Source of the DNA: Anaeramoeba ignava BMAN
Taxonomy: Eukaryota; Protista; Anaeramoebae
Direction of reading: 5' to 3'
Assembly (NCBI GenBank): GCA_028826165.1
Contig: JAPDFW010000070.1
Coordinates: 930,001 to 994,000, forward strand
DNA: 64,000 nucleotides
In this document: positions 1 through 13,000 of the stretch, in pieces
Position numbering within the stretch: position 1 is the stretch's first letter
Layout: the number at the start of each line of letters is the position of its first letter
The notes under the pieces: generated by a model
The model's database searches: none
Seen by the model: the letters and a program-made list of their open reading frames with translations, nothing else
What the model was told of the DNA's origin: nothing
Position numbers and translations under genes: made by a program

Positions 1-968
1 TGGAAGATATCATACTTTGATTTTAACTTCCAATTCAAAATTAATTGTATTTGGAAATAATGAATTTGGTCAATTAGGAACTGGAGATACAATAAATCAA
101 AGAATTCCAATTCAAATTGAACTTCCTAAATTAAGATTTAATGAAGATATTTCCAATTATCATATTTCTTGTGGATATAACGAATCATTTCTTTATTATT
201 CTCCTTTTCCTTCTTCTTTTTCCAATCTTGAAGAAGATTTGATAAAATTATTTGAAAGAAAAGAATTTTGTGATATTTCATTTAAAACCAGAAAATGGAG
301 AAATAATTGAAGCTCATAAATTAATATTGAAATATAGATTAAATCAAAATGAAAATCAAATTGAAAAACTTCAAGAAATTATTTCAAAAAAATCAATTAA
401 AGAATCAAATCAAATATTTGAAATGATTTATTCAAACAGAATAATAAATCCAAAATTATATTCTGAAATTAAAGAAATTATAAATTCAAATGAAAAAATT
501 GAAGAAACAATTAAAAGAATTTATTTAAATGAAAATGAAAATGAAAAAGATTTTATTATTGAAAGAAAAGAAAAACAATATAAATTTCCTAAATTAATAT
601 TAATAATGAGAAGTGAATTATATCGAGGAATGTTTTTATCTGTAACAAATGATAAATCTAATAAAGTTACAGATTATAGTGAATTAAGTAATAAATCATT
701 TCAAATATTTGAATATTGGATTTATTCAAATCAAATTAAAGATGAAATTCAAATTACACAAGAAATTATTAATGAAATTGAAATTGGAATTGATTATTTT
801 CAATTAAATCAAACAAATCCAAATTTATTTGATTTATTAATTAATAAATTTAATAATCAAAATTTACAATTAAAATTAAAAGAAGAGAAAGAAAAAGAGA
901 AAGAGAAAGAAAAAGAAAAAGAGGAAGAAAAAGAAGAAAAGATGAAGAAAAAATGTTTAATTTTTTAA
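1..968 (+). CDS. RCC1-repeat + BTB/POZ protein, 5'-truncated by the window, one frameshift near 290, C-terminal polybasic CaaX (KKKCLIF)
   Basis: RCC1 motif FGNNEFGQLGTG..ISCG, then BTB motifs FCDISF..EAHKLIL and LIMRSELYRGMF. Near-identical to the paralog at 45196-46963(-), which is in frame across the site (ACCAAAAATGGA vs ACCAGAAAATGGA here). Confidence 0.85.
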
Positions 969-969
969 A

Positions 970-1195
970 TCAAATTTAAAATTAAAATTAAAATTAAAAT
1001 CAAAATTAAAATTAAAATTAAAATTAAAATTTAAAATTAAAATTAAAATTAAAATCAAAATTAAAATTAAAATTAAAATTAAAACTAAAATTAAAATTAA
1101 AATTAAAATTAAAATTAAAACTAAAATTAAAATTCAAATTAAATTAAATTTAAAATTAAAATCAAATCAAAATCAATTTAAAATTAAATTCAAAA
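970..1195. repeat. (TTAAAA)n microsatellite
   Basis: Directly visible hexamer tandem repeat. Confidence 0.9.
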
Positions 1196-1245
1196 TTATT
1201 TTCATTTTTCATTTTTCATTTTTTTCTTTTCAAATTTTTTATAAA

Positions 1246-2640
1246 ATGGAAACTTATTTAAATTTAGAAAAACTTTCAAATGATTTAAAAAATTTATTTC
1301 AAAATCAAAATCAAAATGAAAATCAAAATCAAAATGAAAGTTATTTTGATTTTGAAATAAATTGTGAACAAAATCAAATTTCATTTAAAACTCATAAATC
1401 AATTCTTTCTTCAAGAAGTGAATATTTTAAATCTCTTTTTAAATCCAAAATGAAAGAATATCAAGAAAATAAATTAATTCTAAAAGATGTTTCAAATTCA
1501 ATCCTATCTTCAATTTTGAATTATTTTTATTCAGGAAAAATTGAAATTAATTCAGAAAATGCAATACAAATTTTAATTTTTTCATCAAAATATTTAATTG
1601 ATGAATTAATTAATGTTTCTTCAAATTTTATCAAAAAGAATTTACAATTTGAAACTGCTGTTGATATTCTTAAACTATCTGAAAGAATGAACTTAAATCA
1701 ATTAATAGATTATTCTTATCAATTTATTTTAGAAAATTTTAAAGAATTTATTAAAACTTCTTTTTTTCTTGAACTTGAAGAAAATCATTTAAATTCAATA
1801 TTATTAAATGATGATATCTTAATAAATGAATTTGAAATGTTTCAATCAATAATAAAATGGGGAAAACATAAATTAAATATTAATGAAATTTCAAATATTA
1901 TTCAAAAAATAAGATTTATTGATTTTACAAAACAAGAACTTGAAGATACTTTGAAAGAAGATTTAATTCCAAAACAAATTTCACAAAAATTAATTCAATT
2001 CCAAAAATTTGAAGAAAATGAAGATGAAAAAGAATTAATTTTCAAATCAAGATTCAAATTTAAATCAATCATTATCCAAGAAAAAGAATATTTCAGTAAA
2101 TTAAAGGAATGGATAAATGATGATGAATTCTTTTCCAAAATGAAATTAGGATTTTCAGCAAAAAGAGATGGATTTGATTGAAAAACATTAGTTATTATCA
2201 AAACAACTCAAAATTTTATTTTTGGAGGATTTACTCAAATTGGATTTACAACTGATAAATCAAAATGGAGTGAAGAAAGAGATTTTGATCCTTTTAGAAG
2301 TTATTCTGTTGAAAAATATGAATATGGATTTATTATTGATCCAAATGCATTTCTTTTTTCATTAAGAAATGATAAAAATGATAGAAAACCTGAGAAATTT
2401 ACAATTAAAAAAGGAAAAGAAAAACATGCTATTTGTTATTGCACTGATTTTGGTCCAACTTTTGGAGGAAATATTCATGATTTGAAAATAAGTTCAGATT
2501 TAGAATCTGGTTATTCTTCTTTTGGAACTGCATATTATCTTCCAAATACAATCAATTACAAAACAAAAGAATCTGAAAGTTATTTAGCTGGTTCTTATTC
2601 TTTGTGGGAGATTGATGAAGTTGAGTGTTATTTCATTTAA
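1246..2640 (+). pseudogene. BTB-BACK-TLDc gene with an in-frame TGA at 2179-2181 (pseudogene or truncated allele)
   Basis: BTB motif FKTHKSILSSRSEYF and BACK-like region. After TGA the same frame continues KTLVIIKTTQNFIFGGFTQ...YLAGSYSLWEIDEVECYFI to TAA at 2640, a TLDc domain matching the paralog at 42948-43613. Confidence 0.8.
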
Positions 2641-2764
2641 GCAAAAAAAAAATAAGTTGAAAAATTTTTGATATTTTTATTAGGAAAAAAATATTTAATT
2701 CTTGATCAAAAATTTTTAAAATAAAAGAAAAAAATGTTCTAAAACTTTTTAACAAGGATATTTC

Positions 2765-3640
2765 ATTTTCTAAATAATTTTCTAAATAATTTTCTAATTA
2801 ATTTTCTAAATAATTTTATATTTAATTTTATTAATAATTTTATAAATAATTTTATTAATAATTTTATTAATAATTTTCTAAATAATTTTATAAATAATTT
2901 TATATTTAATTTTATATTTAATTTTATATTTAATTTTATAAATAATTTTATAAATAATTTCATAATTAATTTAATATTTAATTTTATTAATAATTTTATA
3001 AATAATTTTATAAATAATTTTCTAAATAATTTTATAATTAATTTTATAAATAATTTGTAAATAATTTTATAAATAATTTTATAATTAATTTAATATTTAA
3101 TTTTATAAATAATTTTGTAAATAATTTTATAAATAATTTTATAAATAATTTTCTAAATAATTTTATAAATAATTTTATAAATAATTTTATAAATAATTTT
3201 ATAAATAATTTCTAAATAATTTTATATTTAATTTTATAAATAATTTTATAAATAATTTTATAAATAATTTTGTTAATAATTTTATAATTAATTTTATAAA
3301 TAATTTTATAAATAATTTTGTAAATAATTTTATAAATAATTTTATTAATAATTTTATAAATAATTTTATAAATAATTTTATAAATAATTTTATAAATAAT
3401 TTTATATTTAATTTTATATTTAATTTTATAAATAATTTTATAAATAATTTTATAAATAATTTTATATTTAATTTTATAAATAATTTAATAAATAATTTTA
3501 TAATTAATTTTATAATTAATTTTATAATTAATTTTATAATTAATTTTATAAATAATTTTATAAATAATTTTATAAATAATTTTATAATTAATTTTATAAT
3601 TAATTTTATAATTAATTTTATAATTAATTTTATAATTAAA
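2765..3640. repeat. 12-mer satellite (ATAAATAATTTT)n, intergenic
   Basis: Visible tandem 12-mers, same unit as the NUP160 intron 1 satellite. Confidence 0.9.
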
Positions 3641-3731
3641 TTTGTTTAAATTTCTTGTTAAATTTCTTGTTAAATTTCTTGTTAAATTTGTTTAAATTTT
3701 GAATAAACTTGTTAAAAGTTGAAAATGAATT

Positions 3732-6700
3732 CTAAAGCTCTTTAAAATGAATATTCTTTTGAGATAACTCAAATATTTGCTCTTCATAAAGATATTTATT
3801 AAAATTAACATCTTCACTAAGACCTTTTCTCTTTCTAGTTTTAAGCATAAACTCTCTAGCAAGTTGTTGAGAGGTGCTAATAGTGAGAGGTAAGAGTTTT
3901 ATAGAGGAATCAAGAGGATCACCGGGAACAATATCCCAATGATGGAAAGACATTGAACAAAAGGCTTGTCCTTGAGTGCTTGCGCGGATATCGACTTCGA
4001 ACCCGAAAGAATCAATAACAGGAACAAGAGCGTGTATGACATAGAAGGGAGTGCCGTGTTTTGGATAGTCTTTGATAACATGTCCTCTGCGATTTGCGAT
4101 GATTTTATAAACAACGGAAATGGCGTCTGATGGTAGAATAATTTCGCAGAGAAAAATTGGTTCCATAAGTCTTGGTGTAGCTGTCAAAAAAGAGGCATAA
4201 AGAGATCTTCTGACTGTTGGAATAATATGGCCACTTCCGCGATAGCTTCTTTCTTGCGCTACCATTGAATCAAGTATTTTGAAGGTGATGTTTCTCATCG
4301 GTCCGTCACATAACGGTCCCTCCTTTGTTCCCCATTGAAATCCGCTTACAACCGACGGTCGAACGCTTTGAAGTAATTCTTGGTTTGTTTCGGTTGATAT
4401 TGTGTAATCCAAAAGCACATTCGGTCCGTTCATTTCAGGTCCAAATGCCCAAATTGAATTTGCAGAGAGTTTATCCCATCCATAGGATGTTTCGAGAAAA
4501 TTTGAGAGTTGAGATTGGGTCCAATTTGGAGACACATCACCGTTCTCAATTTGTGCTGCGAGCTTTGCATCGAGTGGCTCTGCGATCATTGTGATTTTGT
4601 TTTTTTGATTTGTTGTGATTGCATAGCATGGAATTGCGGATGTTTCAACAACAGTTTCCGAAAATATTGTTGATGGATCAGAAACCTTGATTTCGATTCC
4701 AGAATACATTTCGCGGAGATCATGGAGAGCAATATCGAGGGATAGTTCCCCTGAGCCGAGGATAATATGCTCTCCGGATTCCTCAGTGTGTGTTTGAAGA
4801 ATGGGGTATGATTTTTTGAGTTTGAGTAAGCCGTCATTCATTTTTGGAAGATCTGAAGGTGTCAACGGCTCAACTGCAACCTTAACTACTGGGATTGTTT
4901 CGAATTCCAATTTCATAAATGTCGATAGTTTAGGGTTCGATGTTGATGTTATTGTGGCTGTTTTTGTGATCAGATGATCGATTCCTTCTATTAAAACCCA
5001 ATTTCCAGCGGGAATTTTCTGCATTTCAATGTTATATCTTGAGTTGCAAACATATATTTTTCCTGTTGTTATTGTGAACATTTCTTCTGGATCAGTTGGT
5101 GAATATGATTCGCCAAGAATTCTCACTTGCATATTTGAGTGCATTGTGCCGCTCATTACTCTTCCAAAACATCCAAAAACTTGGCGTGTTGGTGATTCTA
5201 TTAATTTTATAATATTCACCATTAATTCTCCCTCTTTGGAGCATTCAAGCATTGATTTTGTGATTGAATCGTTGAGATCTCCTGTGTATGTCCTCATGAC
5301 TTTGTTCTGTGCATTTTTTTGAGGGGATGGGAAAAATTCGGTTGCTAAATCAACAAAAGAGTTCATTTCTCCGAAAAATTGCTTAAAAATTGTGTTTAAC
5401 AACGGTTGAACGTTTGATTTAATTTCGTCTTTTGTAATTGAGACGTTTATTTTGTCCAGAGTTTTTTGTAAATCTGTTGGAGTTTCTCCGATAATCTAAA
5501 AGAAAAAAAAATAATTTAAATTTAAATTTTAATTTTAATTTTAATTTCAATTAAATTTTTTACTTGTGAATAAATTTTATAAACTGGTTTTAGTATAAAT
5601 TCTACAAAAGATCTTTCTGCATCATCATAAAACGGTTTCCTTGAAAATCTTCTTGTTTCCTGATCGAAATAATAATCGCCCCATAATCTTTTGGCAAATT
5701 CATTTATATTGACAGTTGATCCATAAAATTTTTGATATTTTGCAGCAAAAGATTTCAAACTAAAAACAAAGCCATCTCTTGAAGAGCCAAAAATCACATT
5801 TCCGAGTTCTGGAGAGAGTCTACCTTGTTTAAAATCACTAAACGGCAAAGAATACTTATTGATAAGAGTATTAACTTCTTCAATAACAAGTTTTAATTTA
5901 AAATAAGCGTCAGTTGGAGGCAATTTTAGATCTAAAATTAAACGGTCTATTTTATTAACAAGTAAACAAATTGGAATTTTTTCTTTCAGTGATTGTCTAA
6001 CTATAACTTCAGTTTGAGCCATAACACCTTCTAAGGCATCCACAACTAATAAAATTCCATCAACAAGTCTCAAACTTACTGTAAATTCATCAGTAAAAGC
6101 TGTATGTCCAGGAGAATCCAAAATATTGAATAAATAAGATTTTTCTTTTGAATCAGAAAGAATTAAAGAAACTGGAGATGATTTTATTGAAAGTCCTCTT
6201 ATTTGTTCATCTTTTCTGACATCTGTATATCGATACTAAAAAAAATTTTTAAATTAAAAAATTTAAATTAAAAAATTAAGTTAAAAATTTGAATTAAAAT
6301 TTTAAGTTAAAAATTTACTTCAATGCTTGGATCCCATTTTTTTAAATGAGTTTGTTTAATTAAATTATCTACAAATGAAGTTTTACCGTGATGTAAGTTT
6401 CCAACAATTGCAATATTTCTAATTCTTGAAGGATTATTCATTAAATCTTCCATAAATCTAAAAAAAAATTTAAAATAAAATTAATTAAAAATAAAAAAAA
6501 TTAATCAAAAATATTTATTAAAAAAATAAATAATAAATTTAAATTTAACACTTACTTTGCAGAAAATGTTGTTTCAGGTTTTTCCTCAAAATGATGGAAA
6601 TGCTTTTCAACTATTGGTTCAATTATTGGTTTTGTAATTGGATTTGCATCTTCATCTTCAATCATAACTTCAACTCCTTCTCCAAAAACTTCTTCAGCAC

Positions 6701-6956
6701 TTGGATAATACTTCTTATCCTCATGCAAAATAATTGCAGTTTCTTCTACTTCATCTTCCGATTCGTTTTCATTTTCATTTTCATTTTCATTTTCGTTATT
6801 TTCATTTTCATTTTTTATTTCAAATGGATCATCTTTTTCAATTTCAATTCTTGATTGAGTTTCATTTTCATTTGTTTCGGTTAAATTTTCTTGTTCGTCT
6901 AATGATAAATCAGGTCCTTTATATGTGCCAAATTCATCATAAAGATCGTCAACCAT
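3732..6956 (-). CDS. EFTUD2: U5 snRNP GTPase Snu114/EFTUD2; exons 6956-6556, 6457-6319, 6235-5564, 5495-3732 (~990 aa)
   Basis: Acidic N-terminus [25 protein letters not shown]1 [20 protein letters not shown]-2-like domains [21 protein letters not shown]. Three GT-AG introns keep the frame. Confidence 0.97.
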
Positions 6957-7084
6957 TGAAAAATTAATTTTAAAAAAAAATATAAAAAAAAAATGAAAAA
7001 AAAAAATTAAAAAAAATTTTTTTCATTTTTCTTTCTTAAAATTAATTTTAAAATAATAAAAATAAAATAAAATAATAAATATCA
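6957..7084. promoter_or_regulatory. Compact bidirectional promoter (128 bp) between EFTUD2 and NUP160 with back-to-back TTTTCATTTT initiator-like motifs
   Basis: Divergent ATGs at 6956(-) and 7085(+). AAAATGAAAA near 6990 and TTTTCATTTT near 7020. Confidence 0.6.
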
Positions 7085-10000
7085 ATGAATTATTGTGAAA
7101 GTCAATTATTTTCTTTTTCTAAAAAACAAATACCAACAATTAATGTTATTAATCTCAATAAAAAACCACAAAAACATCAAAATGAAAAACATTTTTCATT
7201 TCCATTTTCTGGTTTAATTCAATTAAATTTTCCTTTAAAAAATCATATTTTATCATGGTAATTCATTAATAAATTTTATAAATAATTTTATAAATAATTT
7301 TATAAATAATTTTATAAATAATTTTATAAATAATTTTATAAATAATTTTATAAATAATTTTATATTTAATTTTATAAATAATTTTATAAATAATTTTATA
7401 AATAATTTAATAAATAATTTTATAAATAATTTTATAATTAATTTTATATTTAATTTTATAATTAATTTTATATTTAATTTTATAATTAATTTTATAAATA
7501 ATTTTATAAATAATTTTATATTTAATTTTATAAATAATTTTATAAATAATTTTATAAATAATTTAATAAATAATTTTATAAATAATTTAATAAATAATTT
7601 TATATATAATTTTATATATAATTTTATAAATAATTTTATTAATAATTTTATTAATAACTTTATAAATAATTTTATTAATAACTTTATAAATAATTTTATA
7701 ATTAATTTTATAAATAATTTTATAAATAATTTTTAAATAATTTTATAAATAATTTTATAAATAATTTTATAAATAATTTTATAAATAATTTTATAATTAA
7801 TTTTATATTTAATTTTATATTTAATTTTATATTTTATAAATAATTTTATAAATAATTTTATAAATAATTTTATAAATAATTTTATAAATAATTTTATATT
7901 TAATTTTATAAATATTTTTATAAATAATTTTATTAATAATTTTATAAATAATTTTATAAATAATTTAATAAATAATTTTATAAATAATTTTATAATTAAT
8001 TTTATAAATAATTTTATAAATAATTTTATAAATAATTTTATAAATAATTTTATAAATAATTTTATAAATAATTTAATAAATAATTTAATAATTAATTTTA
8101 TATTTAATTTTATTTAATTTTATTTAATTTTTATTTAATTTTATAAATAATTTTATAAATAATTTTATAAATAATTTTATAAATAATTTTATAAATAATT
8201 TAATAAATAATTTTATATTTAATTTTATAAATAATTTTATAAATAATTTTTATAAATAATTTTATTAATAATTTTATAAATAATTTTATAAATAATTTTA
8301 TAATTAATTTTATAAATAATTTTATAAATAATTTTATAAATAATTTTATAATTAATTTTATAAATAATTTTATAAATAATTTTGTAAATAATTTTATAAA
8401 TAATTTTGTAAATAATTTTATTAATAATTTAATAAATAATTTTATAAATAATTTTATATATAATTTTATAAATAATTTTATAAATAATTTTATAAATAAT
8501 TTTATAAATAATTTTATAAATAATTTAATAAATAATTTTATATTTAATTTTATAAATAATTTAATAAATAATTTTTATAAATAATTTTATTAATAATTTT
8601 TATAAATAATTTTATATATAATTTTATAAATAATTTTATTAATAATTTTATAAATAATTTTATAAATAATTTAATATTTTATATTTTATATATAATTTTA
8701 TAAATAATTTTATAAATAATTTTATAAATAATTTTATAAATAATTTAATAAATAATTTTATTAATAATTTTATAAATAATTTTATAATTAATTTTATAAT
8801 TAATTTTATAAATAATTTTATAAATAATTTTATAAATAATTTTATAAATAATTTTATAATTAATTTTATATTTAATTTTATAATTAATTTTATAAATAAT
8901 TTAATAAATAATTTTATATTTTATATTTTATATTTTATATTTTAAATTATTAATAATTTTATAATTAATTTTATAAATAATTTTATTAATAATTTTATTA
9001 ATAATTTTATAAATAATTTAATAAATAATTTTATTAATAATTTTATTAATAATTTTATTAATAATTTTATTAATAATTTTATTAATAATTTTATTAATAA
9101 TTTTATTAATAATTTTATTAATAATTTTATTAATAATTTTATTAATAATTTTATTAAATAATTTTATTTTTAATTTTATAATTAATTTTATATTTAATTT
9201 TATAATTAATTTTATAATTAATTTTATAATTAATTTTATAAATAATTTTTATAAATAATTTTATAAATAATTTTATTAATAATTTTATAAATAATTTTAT
9301 AAATAATTTTATAAATAATTTTATTAATAATTTAATAAATAATTTTATAATTAATTTAATAAATAATTTAATAAATAATTTTATAAATAATTTTATATTT
9401 AATTTTATAAATAATTTTATAAATAATTTTTATAAATAATTTAATAAATAATTTTATTAATAATTTTATAAATAATTTTATATATAATTTTATATATAAT
9501 TTTATAAATAATTTTATATTTAATTTTTATAAATAATTTAATAATTAATTTTATAAATAATTTTATAAATAATTTTATATATAATTTTATAAATAATTTT
9601 ATTAATAATTTTATAAATAATTTAATAAATAATTTTATAATTAATTTTATAAATAATTTTATAAATAATTTTATAAATAATTTTATTAATAATTTTATAA
9701 ATAATTTTATAAATAATTTTATAAATAATTTTATAAATAATTTAATAAATAATTTTATATTTAATTTTATAAATAATTTTATAAATAATTTTATAAATAA
9801 TTTTATAATTAATTTTATATTTAATTTTATAATTAATTTTATAAATAATTTAATAAATAATTTTATATTTTATATTTTATATTTTATATTTTTAAATTAT
9901 AAATAATTTAATAAATAATTTTATAAATAATTTTTATAAATAATTTTATAAATAATTTTATATTTAATTTTATATTTAATTTTATAATTAATTTTATATT

Positions 10001-13000
10001 TAATTTTATAATTAATTTTATAAATAATTTTATAAATAATTTTATATTTAATTTTATAATTAATTTAATAAATAATTTAATAAATAATTTTATAAATAAT
10101 TTAATAAATAATTTTATAAATAATTTAATAAATAATTTTATAAATAATTTTATAATTAATTTTATAAATAATTTAATTAATAATTTTATAAATAATTTTA
10201 TAAATAATTTTATAAATAATTTTATTAATAATTTTATAATTAATTTTATAAATAATTTTATAAATAATTTTATAAATAATTTTATTAATAATTTTATAAA
10301 TAATTTTATAAATAATTTTATTAATAATTTTATAAATAATTTTATAAATAATTTTATATTTAATTTTATATTTAATTTTATAAATAATTTTATAAATAAT
10401 TTTATAAATAATTTTTATAATTAATTTAATAAATAATTTTATAAATAATTTTATAAATAATTTTATATTTAATTTTATAAATAATTTTATATTTAATTTT
10501 TATAAATAATTTAATATTTAATTTTATAAATAATTTTATATTTAATTTTTATAAATAATTTTATAAATAATTTTATTAATAATTTTATAAATAATTTTAT
10601 AAATAATTTTATAAATAATTTTATAAATAATTTTATAAATAATTTTATAAATAATTTTATAAATAATTTAATAAATAATTTTATAAATAATTTTATAAAT
10701 AATTTTATATTTAATTTTATAATTAATTTAATAAATAATTTTATAAATAATTTTATAAATAATTTTATATATAATTTTATAAATAATTTTATTAATAATT
10801 TTATAAATAATTTTATAAATAATTTTATAAATAATTTTATAAATAATTTTATAAATAATTTTTATATATAATTTTATAAATAATTTTATTAATAATTTTA
10901 TAATTAATTTTATAAATAATTTTATAAATAATTTTATAAATAATTTTATAATTAATTTTATAAATAATTTTATATATAATTTTATAAATAATTTTATAAA
11001 TAATTTTATAAATAATTTAATAAATAATTTTATAAATAATTTAATAAATAATTTTATTAATAATTTTATAAATAATTTAATAAATAATTTTATAAATAAT
11101 TTAATAAATAATTTTATAAATAATTTTATATTTAATTTTATAAATAATTTTATAAATAATTTTATAAATAATTTTATAAATAATTTTATAAATAATTTTA
11201 TAAATAATTTTATAAATAATTTTATATTTTATATTTTATATTTTATATTTTAAATTATAAATAATTTTATATCGATTTAAATAGGAAAGTCGAAAATAAT
11301 CAGCTTTTATTAGTTCATTTAGCTCTAAAACATACATTATTAAACAATGAAATAATGTTCAAATTTGATGAACAAATTATTTATAAATCAATTTCTATTA
11401 CTCAAGAAAATCAACAAATTATTCTTTTTATTGCAACAATTTCAGGAACAATTCATAGAATATCATTCCCTTTTAATGAATTGGAACTAAATACAAAAGG
11501 AAATGAATTTGCTCAATCTTTTTTTCATAATTATACACTTAATAATTTTCAATTCGATTTTTCTTCTTTAAAAAATTCATCAAAAATATCAACATTATGC
11601 TGTTTAAATAATCTCACAATCATTATTGGTGGAGAAAATGGAAATCTATTTATAATTGAATATAGTGAAGAAAAAGATAAAATCATTTTAGGACCAATTT
11701 CACAAATTCAATATAATTCATCCATTAAAAGATTTTTGGGAGGTTTAGTCCCAAATTTTGGAGATTCTAAGAATCAACCCTCAAAAATAATTGCAATGAA
11801 TCCCATCATTTTTACACAAAAAACCAACGATATAAATATTAACTACTCAGAAACAGACTCTCTTAACAATATCCAATTTCTTCAGTTTTTCTTTATTGCT
11901 ACAATTTCTCAAGATTCTAAATTAAGAATTTGGTCAATTCAATCCAAACAATGTATTCATGAAGAATCACTCATTGATTCACCTTCCCCAAATACAGCTC
12001 AATTCCTTCAACAGAATATCCAGAAATACAGCGAATCATCAATACAAATGAAAATAATTTCAAATGGAACAAATAATTTTGATATTTTTATTCATGCAGC
12101 TCAAGGAAACGAACCAGAATTTCGAATTTATTCTTTCCAATTTGACAAGAAAAATACAACAAAACTCACTTTCATCAACAAAATACCTTCTCTTCAATTT
12201 GGAAACTTGATTAGTTTTGAAATTTCCGATCCTCCAATACAAAACGAGGATTTCAGTAAAATAGATTCCCAATTCACAGATTCAAATAATTCGCAATCAA
12301 GTTCTCAAAGAATATTATGGGGTTTATGGTCAGATGAATTTGATAGCTTGGAAAACTCTCTCAATATAAACTACTCTTTAAAATTCCACATTTTAAATAA
12401 TTCACAAAAAAATCCCAAATTCCATGCTTGGAAAGAAGTTATATGTTTGAAAAATGAATTGCCAAATTCTCCAACACAAAAGGAAGCTGGTGACTCAATT
12501 CAATCAATATTTGATTATTTTAAAGTTATTATTTTTGATCAAAATTATTTCTCTCATCAGAATTTACTGCTTTCATTTGAAGAATTTCTTAAAGAGCAAT
12601 CTCTTTCAATTCCTCTAAACTTTCAATCTTTCACTAAAGAAGATTTAAAAGAATTCCTTGATTATACCTTCCAAAATGTAATTCAAAAAAACAAAATTCA
12701 AAAAAACAAAATTCATTTCTTTTTATTATTATAATATTAGATTCTTCAAGATTTTAATGAAAAATACCCAAATTTTGAAGACCACCAAATTGTTGAATTT
12801 GCATTTGTTTTCTTTCTTCGATTGTTTGATTATTGCATTAAAATTTGGCACAATTTAAATTTATCAATTGCATTAAATTATTGTCCAATTCTTGATTCTG
12901 TTTGCATTTGTAAAAACGTAATCAAAAATAAATTAAAATTAAAAATAAATTAAAATTAAAAATAAAGCAATAACATTTTTTATCGTTTTATTTAATTTTA

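Noticed and set aside
2179-2181. In-frame TGA as selenocysteine or UGA=Trp recoding
   Set aside because: It coincides with an ~11-codon deletion relative to the paralog. TGA ends other genes here (19948, 37463, 55387) and Trp is encoded by TGG.
3899-5322. Antisense or alternative-frame ORFs inside EFTUD2 (likewise inside NUP160, the 33-37 kb gene and the 51-53 kb gene)
   Set aside because: Shadow ORFs of real coding sequence with no recognisable motifs.
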